Assembly: GCA_964545305.1 (NCBI GenBank)
Contig: CAZJFJ010000003.1
Coordinates: forward strand, 1-44,744
Direction of reading: 5' to 3'
DNA: 44,744 nucleotides
From: an uncultured Desulfovibrionaceae bacterium
GTDB lineage: Bacteria > Desulfobacterota > Desulfovibrionia > Desulfovibrionales > Desulfovibrionaceae
Shown: positions 16,768-25,293 of the stretch, in pieces
How the letters are laid out: each line of letters starts with the position of its first letter
How positions within the stretch are numbered: the first letter of the stretch is position 1
Made by a program: the position numbers and the translations under genes
The notes under the pieces: model-generated
Seen by the model: the letters and a program-made list of their open reading frames with translations, nothing else
Databases searched by the model: none
Told to the model about the DNA's origin: nothing

Positions 16768-17985
16768 ATGCCGGAAAACAGGAAAAACAAAATGCAAGGC
16801 CCGGATACAGCTGAATTTGAGCGGCAGATAGATGAACTGCTGAAAATAGCCAGCCTTACTCCTGTGCGGCAAGACAGGGTGCTTTTCGTGGGCAGGGCCG
16901 GAGGCCGGCTGATAGACAATTGCAAACATGCTTTTCTTGCCGCCTGCAGGAAAGATTATGGGTTTTCCCCCCTGTTTATGACTGGATTCAGGGAGGAGTA
17001 TGCCCTGCTTAAGCAGGCCGGGCTTCCAGCGGCCATGTTCCCGGCCGATTTAAGGGAGATTGCCAGTTGCGCGGCAGTGGTCTGCGATGATTTCTGGTGG
17101 CGTACCGAACCCGTGTACGCGATGCTGCACGGCCGCCCCAACTTTCAGCTGTGGCACGGCATTCCTTTAAAAGCCATTGGTAAAAGCGAAATTGAATCAT
17201 CTGTGAATATGGATGAGGAAAAGGCCAAGTATCTTGAGTCCATGTACAGCGGCTATGATTTTGTGCTGACTACTTCAAAATTTGCGGCTGATGAGATTTT
17301 CTCCCGTGTATTTTTCGAAGGCGAATTCGTGGCGGCAGGATATCCCCGCAACGATGTTCTTTTAAGAAAGCCTGACGCAAAGGATTTGCTGGGCAGCGAT
17401 CCTGAGCTTTTAGGCAGTATCCGGGCGCACAAACGGGCAGGAGGCAAGGTTGCCTTTTTCATGCCCACTTTCCGCGACACCGGAGGCGATGTTTTCACCG
17501 ACAGCGCCCTTGACCCGGTCGCGCTGAACAGCCTGTGCAAGCGGCACAACCTCATGCTGGTTTTGAAATTTCATCCCTTTGTAGAGCTTGGGGTTGAGGG
17601 CCTCCTTTCAAATTTATTTATGATGCAGAGCCATCTGGATGTTTATCCTTTACTTGCCCAGTCTGATTTTTTGATTACCGACTATTCATCGGTGTATTTT
17701 GATTATCTGCTCACAGGCCGGCCAGTGATTTTTTATACTTATGATCTCGAAAAATATCTGAGCCAGGACCGTGAATTCATGCTTGATTTTGAAAAATTTT
17801 CCCCAGGCGGCAAGGCCCGCGATCAGGCGGAACTTTTTGGCATGATTGAGCGGATTGCGGAAACTGGGGACGATGGATTCGGAGATGCCCGGAAAAATCT
17901 GGCAAAGTTTTTATTTAAAGATCAGGACCCTGAAAGCGGCAGGCGGGTATGTGAGCACATAAGTGAAAATCTGCTGAATCTTTGA
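16768..17985 (+). CDS. CDP-glycerol/CDP-ribitol glycerophosphotransferase family protein (TagB/TagF-like)
   Basis: Motifs [24 protein letters not shown] and [31 protein letters not shown] match Glyphos_transf family blocks. The gene starts 9 nt after the preceding gene. Confidence 0.8.
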   Translation: MPENRKNKMQGPDTAEFERQIDELLKIASLTPVRQDRVLFVGRAGGRLIDNCKHAFLAACRKDYGFSPLFMTGFREEYALLKQAGLPAAMFPADLREIASCAAVVCDDFWWRTEPVYAMLHGRPNFQLWHGIPLKAIGKSEIESSVNMDEEKAKYLESMYSGYDFVLTTSKFAADEIFSRVFFEGEFVAAGYPRNDVLLRKPDAKDLLGSDPELLGSIRAHKRAGGKVAFFMPTFRDTGGDVFTDSALDPVALNSLCKRHNLMLVLKFHPFVELGVEGLLSNLFMMQSHLDVYPLLAQSDFLITDYSSVYFDYLLTGRPVIFYTYDLEKYLSQDREFMLDFEKFSPGGKARDQAELFGMIERIAETGDDGFGDARKNLAKFLFKDQDPESGRRVCEHISENLLNL

Positions 17986-18047
17986 TGTGCCGGGCCCGAT
18001 GGAGCCCTTGTGTTGAATTTCCGGTAAAACCGCCTCCGAGCTGTGCT

Positions 18048-18063
18048 TGGCAAGCTATTTGCA
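18048..18063 (+). promoter_or_regulatory. Sigma-54 (-24/-12) promoter
   Basis: TGGCAagctatTTGCA. Both conserved pentamers match with exact spacing. Lies about 80 nt upstream of ATG 18145. Confidence 0.65.
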
Positions 18064-18144
18064 AAACACTGGGGCATAATGACAATAAAATGACCTGCAT
18101 CCGTCAGCCGGGCGCGGGAAGATCCTTAACCGAGGAGGTAGATA

Positions 18145-18564
18145 ATGTTTTTCTTGCTTGGCGGAGATGAAAAAAAAGTTAAAAAAGCAACCCCGAAGGT
18201 GGGTGAGAATGTGACCAGAGTGCGTGAGCTTTTTCTTAGCGGCCGGTTTCCCGTGGTAACCACCCCTCAAATTGAAGGCAAAGCCTTGGGAAAAGTGCTT
18301 GGATTGGTGGTTTGCCGCGGATATGACTCTGAAGAGGCGTTTTTCGGCATGGCTGCCATGGCGGTGAATAAAGGCGCTCAGGCAATCATCGGCTATCAGG
18401 AAAATGTGGCTTTCCACCCCGATGGGACCAAGTATTTTTGCTGCTATGGTACGGCTGTGCAGTTTGAGATGCCCAAGCAATCCTTGCGGGCTGCGGCTAT
18501 TGCCAGGCAAAAAGGCAAAATAAGCGTGACGATGGAAGCCGAGACACCGCCTTTGATCATGTAA
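18145..18564 (+). CDS. YbjQ/UPF0145-like small protein (tentative)
   Basis: RBS GAGGAGG. VVTTPQIEGKALGKVLGLV...AMAVNKGAQAIIGYQENV...CCYGTAVQ resembles the YbjQ pattern (ITT..i.G..i...lG.V ... GAnAvigv ... yGTAV), but the central segment is shorter. Confidence 0.45.
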   Translation: MFFLLGGDEKKVKKATPKVGENVTRVRELFLSGRFPVVTTPQIEGKALGKVLGLVVCRGYDSEEAFFGMAAMAVNKGAQAIIGYQENVAFHPDGTKYFCCYGTAVQFEMPKQSLRAAAIARQKGKISVTMEAETPPLIM

Positions 18565-18709
18565 TCTCAGCTTATCAGGAATCGTTACTGCAATATTGCC
18601 GGAAAACATTTCTTCCTATTGGGCAGGGGAAAGGCTGTGAGTTTAGGGGATTATATCTGCTCCCCCCCTCGTGGCCTTTTTTTTGTTTCCATTTTCTCTG
18701 AAAAAGGGG

Positions 18710-18739
18710 TTGACCCGGACCTGCAATCGGCTTTAAAAA
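18710..18739 (+). promoter_or_regulatory. Weak sigma-70 promoter candidate for the NlpC/P60 gene
   Basis: TTGACC (18710-18715), a spacer of 17-18 nt, then TTAAAA/TAAAAA. A palindrome follows immediately. Confidence 0.3.
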
Positions 18740-18756
18740 AATAATTAGTTTTTGGT

Positions 18757-18778
18757 TAAGGATGCACATGCATCCTTA
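18757..18778. promoter_or_regulatory. Near-perfect 22-bp palindrome (possible operator)
   Basis: TAAGGATGCA-CA-TGCATCCTTA: 10-bp arms and a 2-nt centre, about 145 nt upstream of the NlpC/P60 start. Confidence 0.4.
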
Positions 18779-18923
18779 TCAACTCCGGCCGCCTGGCCGG
18801 TCAAACAGGCCGCCTTCCATTCCTGCGCTCAGAACAGGTCCTGCGGCTGAAATATAGGAACAACAAGGTGCTTATGTCCAGTTTGCCACATCTTCCCACC
18901 GTGTCTTCAAGGATTTCTCTATC

Positions 18924-19640
18924 ATGAAGGGCGTTAAACTGCCCGGCATCTCCGCAGGATTACTTCTGATCCTGGTCGTATTTGTTTCCGCTTGCGGGAA
19001 AAAAGGGCCTGTGGAAGAAGAGCTGGTTGCCTTTAACGTAAAACCTGAAATAGAACAAGGAATGACTTCCGATGGGCTCCTGTCCAAGCAGGGCCTGGCA
19101 AAGGGGGTTCTTCTTGCCGCATATTCCCAAGTGGGAACGCCGTATCGCTATGGCGGAACCACACCCAAGGGGTTTGACTGCTCCGGGTTTACCCGTTGGG
19201 TCTATTCTCAAAACGGCATCCAGATGCCCCGCTCCTCAAAAGAGCAGTTTAAAGTGGGCCGTCCGGTTGGCAAGGAAGAGATAAAACCTGGTGATTTGCT
19301 TATGTATAAGCGGGGAAAGCGGGGCGGCACGCATGTGGGAATTTATGTGGGTGACGGAAAATATATTCACAGCCCCAGCAGGGGGAAGACTGTGATGGAA
19401 GACAACGCTTTCAACCCCAAATCGTCGCTTAAGTTTTTGGGGGCCCGCCGCGTTTTTGAAGACTCCGCTTCCTGCGCTTTGACAAACGAGCAAAAACGGC
19501 AGGCCAAAGATATTTTTGTGGCTACCAATGATTTTGAAGTCAAGGAGGTTTTGGAGCCTGCCGCAAGGGATAAATCCAAAACTGCCAAAACTGGAAAGTC
19601 CAAGGCGAAAAACAGCAAATCCAAGAAAAGAAAATCTTAG
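18924..19640 (+). CDS. NlpC/P60 (C40) peptidoglycan endopeptidase lipoprotein
   Basis: Lipobox LVVFVSAC. Catalytic block GTPYRYGGTTPKGFDCSGFTRWVY...GTHVGIYVGDGKYIHS. Lys-rich C-terminal tail. Confidence 0.9.
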   Translation: MKGVKLPGISAGLLLILVVFVSACGKKGPVEEELVAFNVKPEIEQGMTSDGLLSKQGLAKGVLLAAYSQVGTPYRYGGTTPKGFDCSGFTRWVYSQNGIQMPRSSKEQFKVGRPVGKEEIKPGDLLMYKRGKRGGTHVGIYVGDGKYIHSPSRGKTVMEDNAFNPKSSLKFLGARRVFEDSASCALTNEQKRQAKDIFVATNDFEVKEVLEPAARDKSKTAKTGKSKAKNSKSKKRKS

Positions 19641-19678
19641 TCAGATTCAGACATAATTAGGGATGTCTTTAGGAGGCG

Positions 19679-19721
19679 GAACAAGGGGAAGGCGTATGGC
19701 TTTTCCCTTGTTCCTGTTTTG
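19679..19721 (+). terminator. Terminator-like hairpin after the NlpC/P60 gene
   Basis: GGAACAAGGG (19679-19688) pairs with CCCTTGTTCC (19706-19715), followed by TGTTTT. Confidence 0.5.
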
Positions 19722-19850
19722 GGTGCAAGAAAAATAGCTTGCCGGAGCGCCCAAGCTTGGATAAAGTATGCAGTTACGTTTGTTATGAGGCGTTTGGCGC
19801 TAGAGGCAGCGCCATTTGTTGTGAAGTTTGTTTTTCTATGGAGATTTGCC

Positions 19851-20249
19851 GTGAGTGACCCTAAAAAGATATTGGTCCCAGATTTTGAAAAATGCGGAGG
19901 CCTTGTTCCTGCTATTGCCCAGGATGCGAAAACCGGCAAGGTTTTAATGCTGGCTTACATGAATGAAGAAGCATGGGGCAAGACCATTGAAACCGGAGAG
20001 GCCCATTATTACAGCCGCAGCCGTAACACTCTCTGGCATAAGGGCGGCACTTCCGGTAATACCCAGAAAGTTAAAGAGATCATGCTTGACTGCGATCTGG
20101 ATACTGTATTGATCAAGGTTGAACAAATTGGAGGAGCGGCTTGCCATAACGGCTATGAGAGCTGCTTCTACCGCGCAGTGCAGCCGGACGGCTCGTTCCG
20201 TCTCTGCTGTGAGCAGGTGTTCGACCCCAAGGAGGTTTATAAGAAATGA
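19851..20249 (+). CDS. hisI: Phosphoribosyl-AMP cyclohydrolase
   Basis: [25 protein letters not shown]...[20 protein letters not shown]...[20 protein letters not shown]. The GTG at 19851 follows GGAGA. The upstream part of ORF 19719.. has no homology signal. Confidence 0.85.
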   Translation: MSDPKKILVPDFEKCGGLVPAIAQDAKTGKVLMLAYMNEEAWGKTIETGEAHYYSRSRNTLWHKGGTSGNTQKVKEIMLDCDLDTVLIKVEQIGGAACHNGYESCFYRAVQPDGSFRLCCEQVFDPKEVYKK

Positions 20250-21136
20250 TTGGAGGTAATTCTGAGGGCAAGCTTAAGCTGGGCATCCCCAAGGGGTCGC
20301 TTGAGCAGGCCACAATCAATCTGTTTGAAAAATCGGGCTGGAAAATCAGAACTGATTCCCGCAATTATTTCCCCGACATAAACGATCCTTCTATTTCAGT
20401 CAGCCTTGCCCGCGCCCAGGAAATTCCCCGTTATGTGTCCGAGGGAGTGATGGATGTGGGGCTTTCCGGAAAGGACTGGATTTTGGAAAACAACGCCGAT
20501 GTGGTTGTGGTTGACGACCTGATTTATTCCAAAGTCAGCTCCCGCAAGGCCCGTTGGGTTCTTGCCGTGGCGGGCAACTCCCCTTATCACCAGGTGAAGG
20601 ATTTGGAAGGTTGCCGCATAGCCACGGAAATAATGGGCGTATCGCAGAGATTTTTTGCCAATGCCGGGGTTAACGTAAAAGTTGAGTATTCCTGGGGGGC
20701 AACTGAAGCCAAAGTTGTGGAAGGCCTTGCCGATGCGATTATTGAGGTCACCGAAACCGGATCCACCATTGATGCGCACGGGCTGCGTATTATTGCCACG
20801 GTTATGGAAACCAACACTCAGCTGATCGCCAACAAAGAATCGTGGAAGGATCCTAAAAAACGCAAAAAAATAGAGCAGATCAATCTTTTGCTGCAAGGCG
20901 CGCTCCGGGCGGAAAGTTTGGTGGGCCTTAAAATGAACGTTCCCACCGCTACACTGGACAAGGTGCTGGCGATTGTGCCCAGCCTCAATTATCCAACAGT
21001 GGCTCCTTTGCAGAATTCAGACTGGGTAGCTCTGGAAATAGTGATAGACGTGAATGTGGTGCGCGATTTGATTCCTCTGTTAACAGAGAATGGCGCAGAA
21101 GGGATTATTGAGTATTCCCTGAATAAGGTGATTTAA
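20246..21136 (+). CDS. hisG: ATP phosphoribosyltransferase, long form
   Basis: [24 protein letters not shown], and [18 protein letters not shown] (PRPP loop). A C-terminal regulatory domain is present. The start overlaps the hisI stop (ATGA). Confidence 0.9.
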   Translation: MIGGNSEGKLKLGIPKGSLEQATINLFEKSGWKIRTDSRNYFPDINDPSISVSLARAQEIPRYVSEGVMDVGLSGKDWILENNADVVVVDDLIYSKVSSRKARWVLAVAGNSPYHQVKDLEGCRIATEIMGVSQRFFANAGVNVKVEYSWGATEAKVVEGLADAIIEVTETGSTIDAHGLRIIATVMETNTQLIANKESWKDPKKRKKIEQINLLLQGALRAESLVGLKMNVPTATLDKVLAIVPSLNYPTVAPLQNSDWVALEIVIDVNVVRDLIPLLTENGAEGIIEYSLNKVI

Positions 21137-21167
21137 ACTGACTTTGTGAAAAACAGGCTTTGAAAAA

Positions 21168-21203
21168 GGAAAAAGGAGGTTTGGGCCTCCTTTTTCTTTT
21201 TTT
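21168..21203 (+). terminator. Rho-independent terminator after hisG
   Basis: AAAGGAGG-TTTGGG-CCTCCTTT followed by TTCTTTTTTT. Confidence 0.7.
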
Positions 21204-21405
21204 GTACTGTTAATTTGCAAAATAATTAGTAATATTTTCTGCTAGTGAAATATTTTATTTACAATGGTTGATTCTTTGGATAAAAAGGAATTGAATGGGT
21301 TAGTGTTGGGCAGCTTGTTCTTAGAATGTTTATAAATATATGCTGCTCAGGGGTGTTTATCGCACCGCCAAATTTGGGATCCAGCGTTTATCAGTAAAAA
21401 TTGAT

Positions 21406-21453
21406 GACAGCTCCTGCTCCCGGGCAGGGGCTGTCCTTTTTTTGTCTTTTTTT
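21406..21453 (+). terminator. Strong intrinsic terminator hairpin inside the leader of the MFS gene (attenuator or sRNA 3' end candidate)
   Basis: GACAGCTCCTGC-TCCCGG-GCAGGGGCTGTC is a 12-bp stem with one G-U pair. CTTTTTTTGTCTTTTTTT follows. It ends 44 nt before ATG 21497. Confidence 0.65.
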
Positions 21454-21496
21454 ACTGCCGAAGCGCTTAACAATAAATAAGCAAGAGGAATATTCG

Positions 21497-22801
21497 ATGA
21501 GAAAAGGATGGCTAATTGCTTTTGCAGGCACGGGTCTTAACCTCATTTTGGGTGTTATTTATGCTTGGAGTGTATTCAAGGCCACCCTTGTAGCGCCGAT
21601 TGAGCAGGGAGGCTATGGTTGGACTGATACAATGGCCACCAGCCCCTATGCTTTCGCTATTGTTGTCTGGGCGATTTTGATGATCCCCGCAGGGCGCCTG
21701 CAGGACAAGTTCGGCCCCCGGATTATCGCCACTTTCGGCGCCCTGTCTCTTGGCCTGGGTTTGTTTGTCACCAGTTTCGCTTCCCCTGTGCCGGAAGGGG
21801 TGGACGCCCTGAGCCTCGGCTTTTGGGATCAGATCATGCTTGCATGGCCTGCAATGGTCGGTATCGGGATCTTCGCCGGCGGGGGGATGGGGCTTGGTTA
21901 TGCATGTCCCACACCGGCCGCCATCAAATGGTTCCCTCCCTCAATGAAAGGGCGGGCCACCGGGGTAGTTATTGCCGGCATGGGGTTTGCCACCGTGTAT
22001 ATCGCTCCCCTTGCCAGCCATTTGATCAAGACTTACGGCATTGTTTCCAGCTTTCAAATTTTGGCTGTGGGCTTCGCCATAGCCGGGGTTCTTTTCTCCC
22101 AGGTTCTGCGCAACCCGCCTGCGGGCTATGTGCCGGAGCCGGATCCTAAAGCGAACACCGCCCTTGCCAACACCGCCGCCAACGCCGGTATTGATCGCAC
22201 CTGGACCTATATGGTGAAAACTCCCATTTTCTATCTGATCTGGATCCAATTCGTGTCCGGAACCTCCGCGGGTCTGATGATTATCGGCAGCATTGCGGGT
22301 ATTGTTACCCTGCAATCCGGCGGAGTGATCGCGGCAGGTTTTATGTTCGCAGCCCTGCTTTCCTTGTTTAACGCTGCCGGGCGTATTTGCTCCGGGTACA
22401 TTTCAGACAAGCTTGGCGCGAACCGCACCTTGATGTTGGTATGCGGCATTCAGATTGCGGTGATGCTTGCCTTCCCGCACATGAGCACCTTGATAGGGTT
22501 TGCTGTTGTAACTGCGCTTTGCGGTTTTAACTACGGCTCGTGTATGCCTTTGTTCCCGACCATGACCGCCGGTTTTTGGGGCACAAAAAACCTTGGCATG
22601 AACTATGGAGTGCTTTATAGTGCATGGGGTGTTGCAGGGGTACTCTGCCCGGTGGTTAGCGGCTATATTAAAGATACCACCGGCAGCTACAACGATGCCT
22701 ATATCTTTGCTGCAGCCCTTCTTGCCGCCACAGTTCTGGTTGGGCTTGTGCGCGAGAAGTGGGGTGAAGCCCTCAGCCATCCGATCGGCTCAAATGCTTA
22801 G
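21497..22801 (+). CDS. MFS transporter, oxalate/formate antiporter (OFA) family-like
   Basis: ATG 21497 follows AGAGGA. N-terminus MRKGWLIAFAGTGLNLILGVIYAWSVFK. 12 TM-type hydrophobic segments. The GRLQDKFGPR loop motif is present. Confidence 0.8.
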   Translation: MRKGWLIAFAGTGLNLILGVIYAWSVFKATLVAPIEQGGYGWTDTMATSPYAFAIVVWAILMIPAGRLQDKFGPRIIATFGALSLGLGLFVTSFASPVPEGVDALSLGFWDQIMLAWPAMVGIGIFAGGGMGLGYACPTPAAIKWFPPSMKGRATGVVIAGMGFATVYIAPLASHLIKTYGIVSSFQILAVGFAIAGVLFSQVLRNPPAGYVPEPDPKANTALANTAANAGIDRTWTYMVKTPIFYLIWIQFVSGTSAGLMIIGSIAGIVTLQSGGVIAAGFMFAALLSLFNAAGRICSGYISDKLGANRTLMLVCGIQIAVMLAFPHMSTLIGFAVVTALCGFNYGSCMPLFPTMTAGFWGTKNLGMNYGVLYSAWGVAGVLCPVVSGYIKDTTGSYNDAYIFAAALLAATVLVGLVREKWGEALSHPIGSNA

Positions 22802-22819
22802 AGGCTTCCAGGCTGAATA

Positions 22820-22866
22820 AAAAGCAAAAGGCAGATTGGCGCAGCCGGTCTGCCTTTTGCTTTTTA
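22820..22866 (+). terminator. Rho-independent terminator
   Basis: AAAAGCAAAAGGCAGA (22820-22835) pairs with TCTGCCTTTTGCTTTT (22849-22864), then a T-run. Confidence 0.8.
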
Positions 22867-22906
22867 TAAAACTTGTTGTGAAATTTTGGAAACTGGAGTT
22901 ATTCAA

Positions 22907-24097
22907 ATGGTTAAAAACAGATACCTGATGCTTTTCCTTGCGTTCATAATCACTTTCTTTCTGGGTGTGCTTTACGCGTGGTCGGTTTTTGTAATTCCCC
23001 TGGAAAAGGCGTTCGGCTGGGTGCGTCCGGAAACCTCGCTCACTTTTACCTTTTTGATGGCGTTTTTCTGTCTGGGGATGCTTTTGAGCGGGCAGTTCAT
23101 TAAGAGGTTCGGCCCCTCCCGCACGGTGTTTCTGGGCGGGCTGCTTGGGGGAGCGGGTTTTTTCGGCGCTTCGTATACTTCCAGCCTTGTCTGGCTATAT
23201 GTCAGCTATGGGGTGATAGGCGGGTTCGGCATAGGGGTCGCCAATGTGGTTCTGACTTCAGTGATTCTTCGCTGGTTTGCAGACAAGCGGGGATTTGCCA
23301 GCGGAATTTTGACTGCGGGCCTGGCTCTGGGGGCTTTTTTCCTTGGCGCCAAAACTGCCCCTCATCTGATTGCGGGATTCGGCTGGGATGGAACTTTCCG
23401 TTTCTTGGGGATTTCGTACTGGGTAATTATTTGTCCTCTCTCATTTCTGGTCAGGTTTCCGGCTGCCGCTTCTGGCGGCAGTTCCGGGTCTTCCGCAGAA
23501 ATATGGGGTGTTGGGCTCAAGGAAATGCTTCGCAATCCCAGCGCATGGTATCTGATTTTCTGGCTTCTTTTCATCCACACCGGCGGGCTGATGATTATCG
23601 CGCACGTTTCACCCTATGTGGAAAGCCTGAATTTTACTCCCGCAGACGCGGCTCTGGCTATGGGCGTGCTTGCGCTGGCCAATGCGGCCGGCCGTTTTCT
23701 GTTTGGCTTCCTGCATGACAAGCTGGGAAGAAAACCCACCATGGTGCTAAGCTCTCTGACCATTGTAACGGGCCTTCTGGCTCTTGCCTGTCTGCCTGCC
23801 GATTTTGGCTACAACGCCCTGCTTGTGGGAGTGGTAATCACCGGTCTGGCCTATGGGGGAAGCATTCCCCAGCTGGCGGCCATGGTCAGTGCGTTTTTCG
23901 GCCCGAAGAACTTTACCACGAATTACGGCTTTGCGGCCTTGGCCAGCATGGCCGCCGCGATTTTGGGGCCTTATTTCGGTTCCAAGGTGCAGTTTGCATC
24001 AAGCTACAAGGAAGCGATCATCTGTGCCGCCGCGGTGTCCGGCATCAGCCTGCTGATGGCTATCTTGCTTAAAAATCCCAGACTGGAGCAAAAGTAA
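22907..24097 (+). CDS. MFS transporter, OFA family-like (paralog of 21497..22801)
   Basis: MVKNRYLMLFLAFIITFFLGVLYAWSVFVIPLEKAFGW and GQFIKRFGPSR. Same architecture as the upstream gene. Confidence 0.8.
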   Translation: MVKNRYLMLFLAFIITFFLGVLYAWSVFVIPLEKAFGWVRPETSLTFTFLMAFFCLGMLLSGQFIKRFGPSRTVFLGGLLGGAGFFGASYTSSLVWLYVSYGVIGGFGIGVANVVLTSVILRWFADKRGFASGILTAGLALGAFFLGAKTAPHLIAGFGWDGTFRFLGISYWVIICPLSFLVRFPAAASGGSSGSSAEIWGVGLKEMLRNPSAWYLIFWLLFIHTGGLMIIAHVSPYVESLNFTPADAALAMGVLALANAAGRFLFGFLHDKLGRKPTMVLSSLTIVTGLLALACLPADFGYNALLVGVVITGLAYGGSIPQLAAMVSAFFGPKNFTTNYGFAALASMAAAILGPYFGSKVQFASSYKEAIICAAAVSGISLLMAILLKNPRLEQK

Positions 24098-24296
24098 ATT
24101 TTTTCTCCGGTTCCGGGAAGGGCTCGACTTGGAACCCCCGCTTTTGAGTACAAGGGGATGTGAGTATAAAATTAAGGCTGGACGATACTTGATGAGTTGT
24201 ATCAACATTTAACCTTGAAAATATTGGAAATAAAACCTGGTTACGCGAAGTGCGGCGCGTAAAAGCTGAAACGTTTCAACACAAGGTTTTGCGTAT

Positions 24297-24326
24297 AAAA
24301 ACGCCCTGTAAAAGCAGGGCGTTTTT
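24297..24326. terminator. Bidirectional terminator-like hairpin
   Basis: AAAAACGCCCTG-TAAAAG-CAGGGCGTTTTT. It lies 200 nt after the MFS stop and 10 nt before repeat copy C. Confidence 0.6.
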
Positions 24327-24335
24327 GGTATAAAT

Positions 24336-24444
24336 TAGAGCATTTCACACTTGGAATGCTCTGCAAGGGTTTGTCTTCAAATCCTTGCCGCCAAATGATT
24401 GTAGGGCAACCGTTAAGCAATCATTTGAGGCATTAACTGCTCTA
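24336..24444 (-). repeat. Structured intergenic repeat, family 1, copy C (inverted orientation)
   Basis: TAGAGCATTTCACACTTGGAATGCTCTGCAAGGGTTTGTCTTCAAATCCTTGCCGCCAAATGATTG...CAATCATTTGAGGCATTAACTGCTCTA. Its terminal TAG, read on the minus strand (24444-24442), is the larE stop codon. Confidence 0.85.
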
Positions 24445-25293
24445 AAATAAGGAACGCAAGAAATTGAGTTCTTCGGCCTCTTCGTTTTTTTCCCTTTGAT
24501 CAAAGTAGCCGGACAGCTTTATTTCCGCCTGCATTCTTGCCTCTGGAAATCCCAGAAAAGCAAGTTTTTCATGCAAAACATCTTTCTTTGCTTCCAGCAT
24601 TTGTGCTTCTTGCCAATCTACTTGCAAAAGCGGTTTGTCGTTCTGGAGCAGGCGCATCCGAAAATTCTTGAACCCCAGCCCGGCGATCTCCTCTTCTGTT
24701 TTTTCAAGTTTTTGCAGCAGGTCCAACTTCGGTCGCGTGCCGTAGTCGAAGCGGGTAAGAAGGCAGGGGCGGGAAGGCTGGTCGGGTAAATCCATGCCGT
24801 TTTCCCGGGCAAGATGCCTTATTTCAGGTTTGTTTATGTTTGTAAGCGCGAGTGGTGAAATAACGCCAAGCTCTTTGAGGGCCTTGAGGCCGGGGCGAAA
24901 TTTTTCAAGATCGGAGGCGTTGCTTCCCTCCAATATTGAATTGCCTTTGGCAAAGGCTGCAATAAGGGAAAACAGCTCCAGCTTGCAGGCATAGCAGCGT
25001 TGTTTGCTGCCTTCGGCCACAGCCGCGATGCCCAGCGGATCGAAGGGCACCTCAATGACAGGTATGGCTTTTTTGCCAAGCCAGGCCAGGGCGAACTCCG
25101 TTTCGGAGCGGGGCACATGAGGACCCCGAATATGTACGGCTGTAAACTGGATTTTGGCCTTCCAGGCAGTATGGGCGATAAACCGGCTATCCACCCCGCC
25201 CGAAAACGCAAGCACAAAAGGGCTGTGCGAGGCAAGAAGGCCATGCAGTTCGCACAATTTGCGCCCGGCGTTTTGCGGGTTGATCTCAGTCAT
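24442..25293 (-). CDS. larE: LarE-type PP-loop ATP-utilising sulfur transferase (TIGR00268-like)
   Basis: PP-loop AFSGGVDS. Also RPGLKALKELGVISPL and KPEIRHLARENG..PSRPCLLTRFDYG. Cys100-x-x-Cys103 (RCYACK) plus Cys177. Overlaps the upstream regulator gene by 8 nt. Confidence 0.75.
   Translation of the reverse strand: MTEINPQNAGRKLCELHGLLASHSPFVLAFSGGVDSRFIAHTAWKAKIQFTAVHIRGPHVPRSETEFALAWLGKKAIPVIEVPFDPLGIAAVAEGSKQRCYACKLELFSLIAAFAKGNSILEGSNASDLEKFRPGLKALKELGVISPLALTNINKPEIRHLARENGMDLPDQPSRPCLLTRFDYGTRPKLDLLQKLEKTEEEIAGLGFKNFRMRLLQNDKPLLQVDWQEAQMLEAKKDVLHEKLAFLGFPEARMQAEIKLSGYFDQREKNEEAEELNFLRSLF

Noticed and set aside
16114-16929. 271-aa minus-strand ORF, plus ORFs 16239..16493 and 16557..16925
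   Set aside because: They are antisense to the nucleotidyltransferase and TagF-like genes. They have no motifs or RBS.
21340-21483. 47-codon ORF (MLLRGVYRTAKFGIQRLSVK...) spanning the leader terminator upstream of the MFS gene, considered as a possible leader peptide
   Set aside because: It has no Shine-Dalgarno sequence and no runs of a regulatory amino acid, and the ORF reads straight through the terminator stem. It is insufficient evidence for a leader peptide.
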